This document shows, piece by piece, positions 23,401-24,000 of a DNA stretch of 24,000 nt (the first letter of the stretch is position 1; each line of letters opens with the position of its first letter). The notes under the pieces were generated by a model that worked only from the letters and a program-made list of their open reading frames with translations, was not told where the DNA came from and made no database searches. Source of the DNA: Pseudomonas sp. CCC3.1 (GTDB lineage: Bacteria > Pseudomonadota > Gammaproteobacteria > Pseudomonadales > Pseudomonadaceae); assembly GCF_034347405.1 (NCBI RefSeq), contig NZ_CP133778.1, forward strand, positions 4,362,275 through 4,386,274, in the 5' to 3' direction. Made by a program: the position numbers and the translations under genes.

Positions 23401-24000
23401 ACGGCGCAGAAAATCACTACGTTCCAGCCAAGCGATGGCCGTCACCACCTTGGTTTCGGCATCACGATCTTCTGCCGCGAATGTCGTTTCGACAGTTGCA
23501 TCCAGCAGAATCTCGCCGGCCGTAATAACCAACTCTCGTCCTTTGCGCTTTGAAGTTTCCCCGCGCAGCTTTTTCAGAATTTGCTGGATATCACGAAGAC
23601 TGAGCTTGGAGCGCTCGCTTATCCCAAACTGCGCTTCAATATCCTGTGGATCGTAGAGCAGCACGCAGCGGGCGCTTTCCTGATCTCGACCGGCGCGGCC
23701 AGCCTCCTGCAGGTAGTTTTCAAGTGAGCCGGGGATATCCGCGTGGATGACCAGGCGGACATCCTTCTTGTCGACCCCCATGCCGAAGGCGTTGGTGGCA
23801 ACGATGACTCGAAGCACCCCTTTGATGAAATCGTTCTGAATGTCGGTCTTCTCGCCAGGCGGGAGCCCTGCGTGGAAATACTTGCAAGCCCAACCCTTCC
23901 CAACCAGAAACTCCGAAAGCTCCTCCGCACCTTTACGGCTGGAGACAAAGACCACGGCCCCTCCCTCTTGGGTGACCAGATTGTCTTCCAGCAACTGCTG
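20419..24000 (-). CDS. Giant fusion helicase: RecQ-like SF2 helicase fused to a UvrD/PcrA-like SF1 helicase (N-terminus outside the window; more than 1190 aa visible)
   Basis: The frame is open through base 24000. The RecQ C-lobe reads 'VVFVSSRKGAEELSEFL...YFHAGLPPGEKTDIQNDF...VIVATNAFGMGVDKKDVRLVIHADIPGSLENYLQEAGRAGRD'. About 500 aa of linker follows. The UvrD motifs are 'LVLAGPGSGKTRVIVHRIAYLL' (I), 'ALAFNRHAANEIRKRL' (Ia), 'YIMVDEYQDID' (II), 'LAVGDDDQNIYDWR' (III), 'LVDNYRSS' (IV), 'LGTVHSAKGLEFRHV' and 'RRLYYVGMTRAEQTL' (VI). A roughly 130-aa C-terminal tail has no recognisable motif. Confidence 0.9.
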   Translation of the reverse strand, partial: QQLLEDNLVTQEGGAVVFVSSRKGAEELSEFLVGKGWACKYFHAGLPPGEKTDIQNDFIKGVLRVIVATNAFGMGVDKKDVRLVIHADIPGSLENYLQEAGRAGRDQESARCVLLYDPQDIEAQFGISERSKLSLRDIQQILKKLRGETSKRKGRELVITAGEILLDATVETTFAAEDRDAETKVVTAIAWLERSDFLRREENQTRIFPARAALTLEESQARLVEAKLPQRRFAEFKAILNYLFQAKADQRINTDELMTLTGQSLEEVAGALKQMEQMGILINDSQLTVFVRHGIVGSSNQRLMQSLELEKALFELLPELSPDAENGEWQDINLSQLNTALKARLERDDVNPIQVLRLLKSLAQDRDGESQQRSTFEIRPINRDHLKLRFTGRHSWKRISAFGEKRRTIATLLLNYLISQLPPGARARDLMVDTTFGKLVATLEGDLVLKSTMPAGQFRRAVEHVLLYMHQQEILTLNHGMTVMRRAMTIKVDGEKAEKKVGFYKDDYAKLDEHYREKCVQVHVMREYAERGIHDMEPALRLVLAYFGNPKRDFIKEYFNEREEVLKLATSEQSWKAITHCLSTVQRLVVADNDDVNRLVLAGPGSGKTRVIVHRIAYLLRVRRVPASSIIALAFNRHAANEIRKRLLALVGADAYGVSVLTYHAMSMRLTGTRFERGEPVDEKRLTQVITDAVHLLEEGGRATGEDNLCEQLLRGYRYIMVDEYQDIDEMQYRLVSALAGRNAEEDGRLCILAVGDDDQNIYDWRHTSNQYIEQFRDNYDASVTYLVDNYRSSANIINSSNRVIGETEGRMKADHPITIDKARRELPAGGQWEARDPSRAGKVLRIQLPFADRSNGNLQAQAMAAELARLISLEENGTWNGCAILGRTHAYLKPVQAWCELNEVPYFLASENEDSIPLTRQRGFLKGIGCLRLIEQPQTATEVISTLRPSLDDPHWQEFFETALLCLVQEMGECQLSSQSIIDWLYEYPRALRKQGRQGLYLGTVHSAKGLEFRHVGLLDGAWSSTSQNLNADRRLYYVGMTRAEQTLTLGEFESGNPFSPKLSHGALVQSFSGDFDPRLSRTYIQLSLADVDIGFAGRSTATHQIHRAIAELQTGHPLLLTRDGERYLLQDAQGRVVGRTAKNFKANVEIDQCHVEGIIARYADEADLQFRPALKMDMWEVVIPRISGTPR

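Larger units (their letters stand above)
1569..24000. mobile_element. tmRNA-integrated genomic island (left end; the right end lies beyond the window) carrying a defence-gene cargo
   Basis: A P4-type integrase gene lies directly downstream of ssrA, which is a classic island attachment site. A DUF3987/YfjI-like module follows, as in the ssrA-integrated E. coli CP4-57 element. The cargo is mosaic and appears lower in GC by eye. No second copy of the tmRNA 3' end (attR) is present in the window. Confidence 0.7.

Noticed and set aside
1-24000. Searches for CRISPR arrays, tRNA/rRNA genes, IS transposases, a TatD-like qatD, a reverse transcriptase/retron, and a second copy of the tmRNA 3' end (attR)
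   Set aside because: None was found by visual inspection of the sequence and the six-frame ORF list. This does not exclude short or degenerate elements.

Overview
This window looks like the left end of a genomic island integrated at the 3' end of the tmRNA gene (ssrA) of a roughly 55-62% GC gammaproteobacterium, Pseudomonas-like by eye. All calls come from reading motifs in the supplied translations; no search was run.

- **Host flank (1-1605):** the 3' part of an SfnB/acyl-CoA-dehydrogenase-like gene, a small secreted protein, ssrA (1177-1568) and its terminator.
- **Island core, plus strand (1681-7068):** a P4-type tyrosine integrase, then about 1 kb of ORF-poor, hairpin-rich DNA. A coupled four-gene block follows: a DUF3987/YfjI-like protein, a 119-aa ORF, a second tyrosine-recombinase-like protein and a 108-aa ORF. 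Clusters of a GGCGACA/TGTCGCC repeat in inverted orientation flank the DUF3987 gene.
- **Cargo, minus strand (7041-24000):** this reads as a stack of defence modules.
  - QatA (KAP NTPase), QatB and QatC (QueC-like), with no TatD-type QatD.
  - A tightly overlapping four-gene operon: gamma-class N6-adenine DNA methyltransferase, YhcG/DUF1016 PD-(D/E)xK nuclease, SF2 DEAD-like helicase and a T5orf172/GIY-YIG-like protein. It fits no canonical restriction-modification (R-M) type and is my best candidate for an undescribed system.
  - An HNH_2 nuclease with an unknown 300-aa N-terminal domain.
  - A coupled 89-aa ORF and a giant RecQ-UvrD fusion helicase that runs off the window.

No rRNA, tRNA, CRISPR array or transposase was seen.
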